A model generated the notes under the pieces. It was given only the letters and a program-made list of their open reading frames with translations, was not told the origin of the DNA and did not search any database. From positions 44,083 through 77,635 of the forward strand of contig MU058042.1 in NCBI GenBank assembly GCA_013265495.1: a stretch of DNA of 33,553 bases, given 5' to 3'. Shown in pieces: positions 11,792-23,031 of the stretch. Within the stretch, counting starts at the first letter, position 1. Each line of letters opens with the position of its first letter. A program made the position numbers and the translations under genes. The stretch comes from Vicugna vicugna. Its lineage: Eukaryota.

Positions 11792-12170
11792 TTTTTTTTA
11801 AATTGAAGTATAATTGATTTACAATGTTTCAGGTGTACAGCAAATTGACTCAGTTATATGTGTATATATATTCTTTTCCATTATAGATTATTACAAGATA
11901 TTGAATATAGTTCCTTGTGCTACTCTGTAGGTCTTTGTTGTTTACCTGTTTTCTATATAATAGTGTATATCTGTTAATCCCAAATTTCTAATTTATCCCT
12001 CCCCACTTCCCCTCTAGGAACCGTAAGTTTGTTTTCTATGTCTGCAAATCTATTTCTGTTTAGTAAATAAGTTCATTTGCATCATTTTTAAAAGATTTCA
12101 CATATAAGTGATGTCAGATGATAGCTGTCTTTCTTTGTCTGACTTATTTCACTTAGTATGGTAAGTGTCC
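11792..12170 (-). mobile_element. LINE-1 3'UTR end, same general type as 1092-1828
   Basis: Poly-T, then aattgaagtataattgatttacaatg ... taaataagttcatttg ... cacatataagtgat ... ctgacttatttcacttagtatg. Confidence 0.9.
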
Positions 12171-12175
12171 ATCGT

Positions 12176-12866
12176 AGAAGATCATAAAAGATTACTACAG
12201 ACAGCTATATGTGAATAAAATGGACAAAGAAGAAATGGACAAATTCCTAGAATTGTACAATCTCCAAAGATTGAACCAGGAAGAAACAGAAAATGTGACC
12301 AGACCAATTACCAGTAACAAAGTTGAATCAGCAATTTAAAAAAAAACCCAAAAAACTCCCAACAAACAAAAGTTCAGGACCAGAAGGCTTCACAGGTGAA
12401 TTCTTCCAAATGCTTAGAGAAGAGTTAACACCTACCTTTCTCAATTTATTTCAAAAAATTTCAGAGGAAGGAACCCTTCCAAACTCATTTCATGAGTCCA
12501 GCATCACCCTAACCAGCATCATTAAAACTAGGCAAAGATATCACAAGAAAAGAAAATTACAGTCCAATAAAACTGATGAACATAGACTCAAAAATCCTCA
12601 ACAGAATACTAGCAAACCAAATCCAACAATACATTAAAAGGTTCATATACCACAATCAAGTGGGATTTATCTCAGGGATGCAAGGATTTTTCAATATCTG
12701 CAAATCAATGTGATACACAGTAATACATTAACAAATTGAAGAATAAAAACCATATGATCATCTCAATAGCTGCAGAAAAAACTTTTGACAAAACTCAACA
12801 TCCATTTATGGTAAAAACTCTCCAGAAAGTGGGTATAGAGGGAACGCACCTCAACATAATAAAGCC
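12176..12866 (+). mobile_element. LINE-1 ORF2 internal fragment (start of the reverse transcriptase region), disrupted
   Basis: ORF 12323-12637 reads [26 protein letters not shown]...[16 protein letters not shown], matching the ORF2p KSPGPDGFTxEFYQ region, then shifts frame. Downstream caagtgggatttatc encodes QVGFI. Confidence 0.95.
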
Positions 12867-13759
12867 CTGGTGTTACGAGTAACAATGTTGTCGCTACCTT
12901 TTCTCAAGGCGGGAGGAATGAAATTAACTAAGAATGGTGCATTTGACAATAGTGAACAAGAAAGAAAATGAAAAGGTGGTTTTTAAACTTGAACAGGAAG
13001 AAGTGGTGCCTGGACATGGTGAAGAATCATTACATGGACTGAAAAAAACCGTAAATAAATATCTCTTCTCTAGCTGTTATTCTAAACTTTCATCATTAAA
13101 TCACTGTACTTCACATGGGGCATGGGCTTTGTAATGCATTTTAAAAATCAAATTGTTTATGAAGACAGGCACTCTGCAAAAAATATTTGTCCGGTGCCTT
13201 GCACATCCTACTGAAAGCAGCCCTCTCCTTCTGTACAGTCTCTGAGTAGGGAGAGGGCTCCCCATTTAATCACGTACTCAGAGTAATTGTACAGCTCTGA
13301 CCTGGTGCTTGGCTAACCAAGGGAAATTCCAGTGGGGACCCTGGCTCAGAGACAGGTCACTTCTGGATTCTCATGGGGAACTGGGCAACGATTTTTATCT
13401 TTGTGTCTATCTCTATATCTCAGGGAGACAGGGTTGAAGGAAAGAAAGTAGTACTATGGCATTTCACAAAATTTAAGGTAACTAGAAAAAATTTTCTCTG
13501 ATCCTTATAGATTTAGACTGAATCACCTCTGAGAATTGTCCTTAGACGCTGTGTGGGGAAAGTGTGCATTTTAAAGGACTGAGTCAATTGCTAGTCCCTC
13601 TCAACCAAGATTGCACCCTGCCCCGCCTGCCTTGTGGTAACAGGGACCACTGTTTTCAAGCAATTCTCTTCAGCCTTGATGTCCTTAAAGGCTCTTCCCT
13701 CTTTTTCCTCTACAGGCAGCATCTCAGGATGGGTGGCTGTTGCATTCCTAAACTCACAA

Positions 13760-13860
13760 ACCTGGGTCCCAAAGTTGCTTCTACCACTTCCCAGCTTTGG
13801 GACCTTGGTCAGTACCATTGCTATTGATACCAGACTTTTCATCTATAAATGGTTATAACA
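13760..13860 (+). mobile_element. MIR remnant
   Basis: ctctacc-like start, then cttctaccacttcccagctttgggaccttgg ... ttttcatctataaatgg. Confidence 0.55.
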
Positions 13861-14434
13861 AAATGCATTGCACACAATCGTCCTAAGGAACATAAAACCA
13901 TGAATGCCATGATTGATTCTAGAAGGAGCTTTATAAATGTTAATTCCCTCCTTTTCCTTTCTCCTGAATCAGCCTTTCACTGCCATTGGGACATAGGTGA
14001 ATGTTTGAACCCAATACTCTGGTAATTTCTGTAAAATTTATTCCAATAACCAATATTGACAATTTACAATGTACTCCACAGTGCCTAATACAAAACAGCC
14101 CCTTAATGCACGTTGTTCACGAAGTAACACTTGCCCATGCCTTTTCTCATCTGGTCATCCTATTATTCCTAAGGAGTAGAAACATTCTAATTCTTATCTC
14201 CTCTTGACATATTTGGCAGTGGAGGCACTGAGGAGCTGAATGAATGACATGCTTTCCTAGCTTACATGACTGATGAGTGCAGAGACTGGTATGAGTGAGT
14301 AAATCCTATTATTTATGGCCACACTTACAGCTGCACTTACATACAAGGAAGTAAATTGCAAACGAGTCTTATGAAGTTCACTGGATTTTTGTCCTTATGT
14401 GTTACCATGCTGACTCCACCATTCTAAAATCACT

Positions 14435-14530
14435 CTTCGTTCATTTGGTTTATCAATCTTTTAATGAGCACCTATCAGGCACTGAGTGTGTGTTAAGTAC
14501 TGGGTGTACAAAGATGGGTAAGGAGTTCAA
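14435..14530 (-). mobile_element. L2 3' tail remnant
   Basis: ttcgttcattt ... ttaatgagcaccta ... aggcactg ... taagtactgggtgtacaaagatg. Confidence 0.55.
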
Positions 14531-14603
14531 AGTCTTGTTGAAAATTGACACTGAATAAAAATTGTGACACAGTGTAAAAGCTGCTCTCTTTAAAAATATT
14601 CCA

Positions 14604-14691
14604 GGGTGTGGGGCAGAGTATAGCTCAGTGGTAGAACGTGTGCTTAGCATGCACGAGGTCCTGGGTTCAATCCCCAGTACCTCCACTGAAT
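14604..14691 (+). mobile_element. tRNA-Ala(AGC)-derived SINE, camelid Vic-1-like, short form
   Basis: A box tagctcagtgg, anticodon arm gtgcttagcatgcac, B box ggttcaatcc. TSD aaaatattcca (14593-14603) / aaaatactcca (14692-14702). Confidence 0.88.
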
Positions 14692-15689
14692 AAAATACTC
14701 CATAATATCACTTATGCAGAGTATTCCCATCTTGTTTGCTCTTAAATTTATACAACTTTTACCTGTGGTGATTAGTGACCCAAAGCTTTGAAACATCTGC
14801 TGTGACCCAACTGTATCCAGAGAAGGAAGGAGAACCTTTCCGATTTAGGGGCACTTCTAACTTAGTACCCGTATCCCTCTTTTCTTAAACAAAACACCCT
14901 TTTCATGGTCATAGCTGTCCTCGCTCCCAGGACGCACTCCTGTCATCTGCACGTGTCTTGCCATTCCAGGGCTCACATTGGCCAGGTACTCCCTAAATGC
15001 ACCCCCATGCTTCTGGCTTTGATGTTTGGCTGCATCAGTTGGGTCAATCGTCTCCAAATGGCTGAAGATGCTTTAATGAAAAGAAGTGAGGCAGACAACC
15101 TAATTTAGATGGAAGACAGACAACCTAATTTGGGAGGGCAAAGGCCCCCAGTGCTGCTTAAAGCAAGTATATTATTTTGCCACTGGAAGCGTTAGCTACT
15201 TGGAAGTCTGACATCCTGAATCTGGAAATCTTAGTTTCCACGAGAGACTTCCATAGACTTCTATCATCTTTGAAAGTTTGGGTAAGGTGGTTGTTCAAAC
15301 TGTCAAATGAATGATGTTTTCTTACTAGGAAAAGCCAGGCCTCTCTGGCCAGTGAAACATGATGTACACAACCCTATGTTTCAGCTCTCCCTTTCATGTT
15401 TGTGCCTAGCTTTCCACTATCACATCCTGTTCCAGAGCCTTTCCCCTTGTTTTCATTTCACCAGCGTGGTGCCGTGCAATGTGCATTTGTTACACGAACG
15501 GATGAAACGATAGGAATTCCCAGTGAGCGAGCAGCACTGGCAAGAATCACCAAGCAAAAGGTCTACAAATTTATTTTTGTGAATTCTGTAAAGGACGCCA
15601 TCGAGTATCTTCAACATTCAAAGACACTACGCAGACAGTGGCAGCCCCACTGCCCGTTCATTAGTCATTGGCCAGAATGAGGACAGGAG

Positions 15690-18470
15690 GGAGAAATTCG
15701 CTTTCTCGCCTGTCCCGGGCGTCCCGCGCGGCTCAGATAAGCGCAGTCCTTGTAAGACTTTGAGGACCGAAAACTTCCCCGCGTCTGAAGGAGGAGCCCC
15801 GGAGGGTACCCGCTGACATTAGAGGGTGTAGTCGCAGATGTCGCGCTACGGCGGCAGGCAAGGGTTTCCATGTCTGCGGGGAGTGCGGAAGGCAGGGGTT
15901 GTAAAAAGGTGGAACTCCAGTGCTCCCGGCCTGCTAATGGCCAGAACATCTGCCCAAGATTCCCCTCGCCCGCGACCGTTCACACCAACGCTCCTGGACC
16001 AAGACCCTCTCCTCTTCCCTCGGATGGGCCATTTGCGGTGTGGGTCACCGCTTCGCGCTCACTGTGCGTCTGGAGGATTCTCTCCAGCGGGTACCGTATC
16101 CGCGGAGGAGGAGCTTGGAGAGGCAGGGCGGAGCCAAGTCCTCCCAGGACCCGCCCCTTGGCTGCGTAGCTGGGTGATTGGATGCATCGGAAGGCCGCCT
16201 TCTAGGCTGTCCCGGGAAGTGACCCGTGTGGCCGGAGGCGGGTCCCTGGCGCGTGCGGTATAGAGTGCGGGGTACCTGGCCGGCGAAGGGTGGGGGATCC
16301 CGCGCCCAAGCAACCTCTAGGGCTGGGCTGCCCGCAGGGATTTGGGAGCTCTGGAGTGCTGCACGCCTGTGGTTTCTCGTGTCGGAGAGGAGTCTTTCTG
16401 AGCTCTCATCCGAGAGCATTTGGGAAACTTCTCGCCCCCACTCCTTGCTCCCTACTTTCTGTTGGGAAAGCAGTTGCTGAGTTGTTTTATTTCCTCCCCC
16501 AATCAGATTCTGTAAAAATAGCCGTGCGCCGGAGCGACCGAGCCAAGCTCTGCCGCCCCGCTGTCCCGGGCTGGGTGTGGACCTAAAAATACCCGGCGGT
16601 CTGGAGCCGGTGCTCCGGGTGCGGGCGGGTCCGGCCGGGCCGCAGAGGGCGTCTGGAGACCGGAGAAACGGCCGTCGCCTGGCCCCTCGCCTCGGCCGGG
16701 GCTGTCGCTTTAAATCCTGGAGGAGGCAAAGAGAAAAAGGGAAAGAAAGAAAAAAGACGTGGAGCCCCGAGCGGAGGGTGGCTCTGCCCGGCCCCCCACT
16801 CTGCCCCTGCGCCGCGTCTTGACTGCCGCCCGCCGCCTCTGCGGGTCCTGGGTGCCCCCCGCAGCGCCGCCCACCGCCACAGTTACTGTCAAAATAGAAA
16901 TTAATTGGAGCCAAGGAGGAGGTTTAGACGCAGCAAGTGCCTGTGTGGCAGGGCGGGGAGGGAGCGCAGCGGAGGGGGCGGGCGCGAGCGAGAGGCGACC
17001 GCAGACATCCGGGCCCTTTAGCCCACTGCGCCCCCCGAGCCGGTGGCGCGGGCAGCGCGGGCGCCGGGCGCGGGGCGCGGGGCTGACAGCCGCTGCGAGG
17101 GAGGCGGGGCGCGAGGAGGGCGGAGGCGCAGCGCGGGGAGGGAGGAGCTGCCGCGCACCCGCCGCTGCCGCTCGGTTCCACACCGCGGGCGCAGCCCCGC
17201 CACGAGACTCTGACAGCCGCGCGGCCCGCGCTGCTCCGGCGCACAGGGACGGACGGACCGCGGCGGCCAGCGGCGGCGAAGGAGGACGCGAGGACCGCGG
17301 CCCGGCGCCAAGTGCGGGAGGCGCGCGGGTCCGGCGGCGCGCAGAGGTGAGTGGCTTCGCGCGCCAAGCCGGGGCACCGGCAGCGAGCGTCGCGGTCTCC
17401 TCCGCACCTCGGCTGCCGAGGCAGGTCGGGGGTCGCGGGGCTCCCGGAAGGTGGCTCTGCATCGCTGGTGCGGGAGAGTGATCTCCCGGACTGTTGCTAG
17501 GCGGCTGGCGGTCCGCGCGCCCCGGGGCGCGGGCGAGGGCAGGGGCGCCCTCAGCGCGGCGGGCAGGAGGCGGGGGGCTGCGGTGGCTATTCAGGGGCTC
17601 CGAGCGGCAGCCATGCAGCGAGAGGAGGCGGGAGGAGGGAAGGAGGGAGGAGGGGAGAGCCAGCGGAGAGCGAGCCAGCGAGCGGGCGCCGCGCCTCCTG
17701 GCTGGCACCGTGGCCCGGAGCGAAGTGGCGCGCGGGGCTGGAAGGGAACTTTTGCGGGCGCATGCGGCCCTAGGCTCGGCGGCGCCTTCGGGCCCTGGCG
17801 GGACGGGCCTGTCGGCAGCCACAGGTGGTTTCTGCCAAAAGTTTTACCACACTTCTGCCGGGAAGGCGCGGGAGCAGTTTGGAGAGTGGCGGTTTCCTGA
17901 GACTTTGGCACCCACACCTCATACCATCTTATCTTGAAGATTAGGACAGGGGTTGGAAAGTCTGGGATCCTGCATCTCGCGACGCGCCTCGAGGTCTTCG
18001 TGCTGGTCCCTGACCGAGGTGGCGTCTTTGCAGCACCTTGAGACCCATGCTGCTGTTCGTTGGGAAGTTGTAGGAAATGGGTGCACGCAACGGTTCCTCT
18101 GTGTCTCCGGAAAGCTAAGCCACGGCCAGCCGGGTACCTGTCGCCCGCTCAGGGCAGCGCGGTGTCTCTTCCAAGCGACACGCACAGGAACCGGGCGCGT
18201 CTTCCCTCATGGTGTGTGTGTCTCTTGCGTCTTTGAAAGCGAGTCCTCTTTGGCCGCTGTGTTGTTTTGTTACGCGGGCTGCTTCTCTGATTTCTTTAGG
18301 AAGAGGGCGGAAGAGGAGCCAAAGAAAAGCGAAGCGGCAACCACTCTCGTTTCCTTTGAATCCAGCCGTGGAGGCTAGTATCCTAGGCGTCGAGGGTCCA
18401 GGACCAGGGGAGCCAAGAGTTGGTGGCGTGTGCTGCCTGCCTAGGAAGCCTCGCAGGACCATTCGCTAGG
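15690..18470. promoter_or_regulatory. CpG island / promoter region of an unidentified gene
   Basis: Abrupt rise in GC and CpG density relative to CpG-poor flanks, peaking at about 16950-17820. No recognisable repeats inside. Several GC boxes, plus CCAAT boxes at 16177-16181 (reverse) and 16499-16503. Confidence 0.93.
17090..17346 (+). other. Probable non-coding first exon (5'UTR); start approximate
   Basis: Lies in the densest part of the CpG island, among GC boxes. No ATG on the + strand. Ends at consensus splice donor GAG|GTGAGT (17347-17352). Confidence 0.65.
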
Positions 18471-18849
18471 CTAGGGCTGGGTTTCTCAGGTCTCTGGAAC
18501 AGAAAGAGGGATGAGAGTGGGAAGGGAGGACCCTCAGAATAGGAAGATGTGCCGTGGTCAGCTCTGGGGAGAGAGGCTCCGACAAGTCCAGCGGTTTGGC
18601 CCCGTTCCTCACTGGCCAGGTTGATGAATCTAGGGCAGCGAGGTTAGCACCACCCGGGTAGGTCCGTCTTGGGATGAAAGAAATCATTATCCCGGGAGTG
18701 GGTCTGATACCCGGGTGTTGCAAGTCCATACAGAACTGCATGAGAGTTGGAAACACTCAGTCCTTCATTCTGGCTGGTCCTGCTCCCACTCCCTGTTCCC
18801 CCAACCCCAACAAGTATCTGAGGAGAAAGCATGCCTTTTGCTTTAAAGG

Positions 18850-18985
18850 AAGTCACAGAATTTTAGAGCTGAAAGAGACCCTAGAAATATTAGGAGCGCT
18901 CATTTTACAGATGAGCAGACTTGGGCCCAGGGAAGGAGAGAGACCTGCCACAGTGGTTAGAGGTCCAGGGGGACTAGAAATGACA
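18850..18985 (-). mobile_element. MIR/MIR3 remnant
   Basis: tcacagaattttagagctgaaagagaccctaga ... ctcattttacagatgagcagacttgggcccagggaagg. Confidence 0.75.
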
Positions 18986-20034
18986 TCATCCTCGCAGGCC
19001 AGGGTGGAGAGAGTTCCCTCAGCAAAGCCTTGGAGGGCCTGAGATCAGAAATGCCACCCCCACACTCCAAGCCCATCATGGGCTCATTATCTGGTACTTT
19101 CTACATCCATGCTTGCCAGCTAATTTCCTGTCCTCTGCCCTTGACTTGAACAGAATCAGAACTGTCACTGCAGATTTCCAGTCTGACACGATCCTAACTT
19201 TTCCTGCTCCCTCCTCACCCCGAATCCCTCAAACTCCTTTTGTAACATAATGTGGCTTGATTAGCCAAGATGAGTTTGCAGCTTGTCTCACTGTGAAGCA
19301 CCCACTTTCCGTAGGATGCCAGAGCTCTGTTTTCCTGGTAATTAGGTTTTACAGATATTTTTGAAAGAGAGCCCAATTCTGGATCAATTACACTTGGACA
19401 CAAATGCCGTGCTGTTGTGGATACTAAATGAGAAAGATGAGCAATTATCTGGGGGAGTTGGAATAAATGTTGTTATGAGGATTTGACACAGCTATTAGAC
19501 GTCAATGAGTGGGTTTGCAGTAAATGTTTTTTACGTTGTATTTTATTGAGCAAACAAAGTGTCTTAATTAAAAAGAACTGCGAGTTGGCCACTTAAATTT
19601 TAGTCACTTGTTTCTTACCAGCGTACATGGGTGGGAAGGATTTGAATGATAAACAGAATGATTGTTGAGAGAACTTTTTTTTCCCTCCCAAACCTAAATA
19701 CTCTAGCGCAATGCTTGTTCTTCAGTCTATAATGTCATGGTCTGGCCTGCAGAGCCATAGGAAATCAGAATCGGTCTGGATGTGATGTATGTCAATCTGT
19801 ATTAGTCAGAAATGACTTGTAAGTGGGAATATGTTGTAAGTGTGATGCTTTCAAGGGCATGCAGTATCAAGAATTCAAGGCTAATGCAATGTCACTGAGC
19901 ATAATTCTTCTCTTGTGAACAGATAAGAATCAATGTCCCCAAAGCTATGCTTGGGGTGCCTGTGGAAGAAACCAAAATGGGTACCTTCATGATAATACAG
20001 TGTTGTTTTTTGACACGACCTTTTCAATTTCCAT

Positions 20035-20115
20035 TGCATGCTAATCTCATGGGTAGTTCATAGTTCAGCTCTTGTCCCTCTTACAGATGGGGAGACTGAG
20101 GCAGAGAGAGGGGAG
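20035..20115 (-). mobile_element. MIR remnant
   Basis: ccctcttacagatggggagactgaggcagagagagg. Confidence 0.7.
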
Positions 20116-21689
20116 AATGTTAGTCCTGTAACTTTGCTCACTGCATTCACATACTCTGAGCATGTAACCTGGGGTTTCTGGGCTGACCAGGGTGTAAGAG
20201 GCCCCCCGATAATGTGGCAAGCCCCTTGCCCCTCTTCAGCGCTGTAATTACAAAGGGGCATAGAGGTGTGGTGGGGTTATAGTCACAGTTCATAGGAGGC
20301 CACTCACTCTCACGGGGACCTGAAGGACTTTGTTCCCCACCCCCACTGTGGGCGTGCCGTTTCCCTCCCTCTTGCAGCAGGCTGTGGGAACTTGGGCGAG
20401 GAGGGACCAGCTGGCTGAGGCTGGGGCGGGGGTGTGGGATCTGTGCCTGTGTCGGGCTGAAGGAGTCTAGGCTATTTATAACCTCTCCTCCCCTCCTGGG
20501 AAGAAGAGACTCAAGGGTCTGGAGCCATGCTGGGCGCTGACTTCTCCCCAGGACGGCTGTGCCCACTGGGCAAAAACCTGCTGCCTGGCAGCATGGCGGG
20601 TGTTGGAGTGGCCGCTGGGGAGGGGTCTGCAGGGCTGATCGGAACTTCGGCTGCTCTGGGGGATTCGGGATACAAACATTTCCTAGAGCCAGTGGGTGCA
20701 CTTTTCCTTGGGCATGGAACCCCCATTTGCACAAAATGAGGCCACACCCCAGAAACCTCACAGGGCAAACCCAAAGTGGGGGTAATTGGCTTTTCTGAAA
20801 TAATGGCCATAATGATTTTTATGCAGGAGGAGATTCCAAAAGCGACACGTTAGTCGTTAGTTGTGGTTCCCTGTGACTGTGAGCTCTGGCTTTCCTGAGT
20901 GGTGCTGGCTGAGGGGGTTCGAGGCCCGCGCCCAGAGCTCTTTCCCCCCTTCCCCACCCCTTCCCCAGACCAGTCCCGGTGGTCCCCCTCACCTCCCACT
21001 CTTCAAGCCAACACCAAAACCCTCCTGTGTCCTCAGATGAATAGTACCTGCCGTCCCACCGATCACAGCTTCATTCCTGAGACCGGGCAGGCGTGTTTTC
21101 TCCTTGGGTCAGTGGAGGGAGGGATGAGGGTGGGGGCAGAGGAAGCGGGCCAGGCACCGATTAATCCCTTGGAGTGAGTTAATCCACCCTTCAGAACCAT
21201 GTCAGGCGTTCACAGCAGGTTTTCCCAGGAGGCCTGCCTGGGGAAGTGGGTGCTGGGCAGCCCCTGACTGAGGGCGATGCCCCGTGAGCCCGGTGCAGCT
21301 TTTGGGGTCTGGACTTGTGTCACTCATCTTCACATCCTCCGCGCTTGGCACAAGGCCTGGGCATGGAAAATGTTTGCTGAACGCCCACCAAGGGCTGGGT
21401 GCCGTGAAGAGCATGTTGGGAGGGCAAGGGTATACAGTGGGGTGTGGATGAAAAGTGACGGGATTCCATAGGCATTCTGAGATCCCTGAGTCAAGCTGAT
21501 TGGCCATCAGAGATGGAGGGAGCACCCGGTCATCGAGTCACCTGAAACAGAGATGCAGTCCTTCTCCACGGGCTGTCACAGCACAACTCAGCCTCAAGGA
21601 GCTGGGGACTGAGTTTCCTATAGTAAGGCAGGGGGGCCACTCCTGTGCGCCCCTCCTGTGGGCTCTTCGGGGTCTATGCCCTGCCTGCC

Positions 21690-22245
21690 TCTCTGACCCC
21701 ACTCCACTCTCTGTCCTCCAACCACCTGGCTCCTTTTTGTTCCTTGAACACATCAAGTTCACGTGTTTCTCCATGGTTGTCCCTGTCTGCCAGGCCCTTC
21801 CCATTGATCCTCCCACAACTGGCTTTCCCTTGTGGTTAGATCTCAGCTGAAACATCCTGGTAATCTAGTCTTCATAGCAGCCCAGTCTATCTGGGGTATA
21901 GTCTTTAAAAAACATTATTTACTTATTTTGTATATTATTTATTATTATTATTATTGTTATTAATTTTGGCAGGGGGTGGAGGTAATTAGGTTTATTTATT
22001 TTTAGAGGAGGTACTGGGGATTGAACCCAGGACCTTGTACACGCTAAGCATGTGCTCTACCACTTGAGCTATATACCCTCCCTACTCTGGAATATAGTCT
22101 TGATTCTCCTTGCATTTATTGTCTGCTTCACCCACTAGAATGGAAGCTCTGTGAAGGCAGGGAGCTTGTCTGTTTTGCTCCCCATTGTATCCTCAGTGCA
22201 GAGCGGTACCTGGCATGGAGCAGTGGCTGAGGAGGTAGTTGGTGA
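21690..22245 (+). mobile_element. L2 3' region, interrupted by a Vic-1-like SINE
   Basis: ctttttgttccttgaacaca ... gatctcagctgaaacatc ... cccactagaatggaagctctgtgaaggcagggagcttgtctgttttg ... tacctggcat. Confidence 0.8.
21906..22083 (-). mobile_element. Vic-1-like tRNA-Ala-derived SINE, long form with AT-rich (TTA)n tail
   Basis: The reverse strand reads ggggagggtatatagctcaagtggtagagcacatgcttagcgtgtacaaggtcctgggttcaatccccagtacctcc, then an aaacctaattacctcc extension. Likely TSD ctggggtatagtctt (21891-21905) / ctggaatatagtctt (22087-22101). Confidence 0.88.
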
Positions 22246-22884
22246 GCAGATATGCCCATTAGTGCTAGGGGGCGTATGAAGATGAGCCAGCGGGGGATGG
22301 GGGAGCCCTGCCCTGGGGGTCTCTTTAGCCTAGAGGTGGAAGTAAAGCTTGTTCTTACATACTCAGATGTGTGGCAGGGAGGGAAGGTGACATTCAAGGG
22401 GTGCAGCCCAGGAGGGGCCGTGGTCAAGCAACGTTAGCCCTGATTTAACAAGGGTGGTTGGCGCAGGCAGAGGGGTCTTCCTCCAGATGCTGAGTTAAGA
22501 GTTGGGGAGCCCTGGCAGCTGACCCACCTCCAAGGCTGAAGTTCCTCCAGCTTGCTTGGCTGCCATCTTTCCCTCTCTTGCTCTGTTTATTTACTTCTTT
22601 GGTGAGCGAGAGTTCCAAGCATAATGCCATCCTTGGAGAGTCAGGAATGTAGTGTTTTTCCACCAGCTCCGTTCATTTGCAGCCTCCTCGGAACAGCTGT
22701 GGACAGCTGGCTGCCAGCGTGGATGCAGGGAGAGCTTCTCTTCAGGGCCAAGGGGTACGCTCAGCCCTGCAGGAATGGGGAATTTCATTTGTGTTTCACA
22801 CCCTGCTGATTTCCAAACCCCACTGAAATGGTGCCTGTAAAAACAGATTCATGAGGAAATTAAAAAACTATTAGCGTTCAGTGT

Positions 22885-23030
22885 ACTGCTTATTTTCTGA
22901 TTATAAAAGCAATAAGAGTCATGATAGGAAATTTGGAAAATATGAAAAGGTGTAAAACTAAAACTCCAGACTGCTTACAACACGCCAACTTTGGTGTGTT
23001 TCCTTCCAGTCTTTTTTCTGTATCCACTAC
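22885..23030 (-). mobile_element. Ancient L1 (L1ME-like) 3' end remnant
   Basis: ttttctgattataaaagcaata ... gaaatttggaaaata ... ttggtgtgttccttccagtcttttttct. Confidence 0.6.
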
Positions 23031-23031
23031 A

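Noticed and set aside
14610..14686. Functional tRNA-Ala(AGC) gene
   Set aside because: It is flanked by a TSD, has no oligo-T terminator directly downstream, has an imperfect acceptor stem, and has two related SINE copies in the window. A Vic-1-like SINE explains it better.
17613..17900. gcagccATG-initiated frame MQREEAGGGKEGGG...
   Set aside because: The Kozak context is fair, but the product is unrecognisable, lies downstream of the strong 17347 donor, and has no convincing donor of its own. It cannot be supported as a CDS.
16045..17937. Long overlapping ORFs (240-370 aa) on both strands in the CpG island
   Set aside because: These are low-complexity Ala/Arg/Gly/Pro translations open in several frames at once, as expected from stop-codon scarcity in very GC-rich DNA. 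No recognisable domain.
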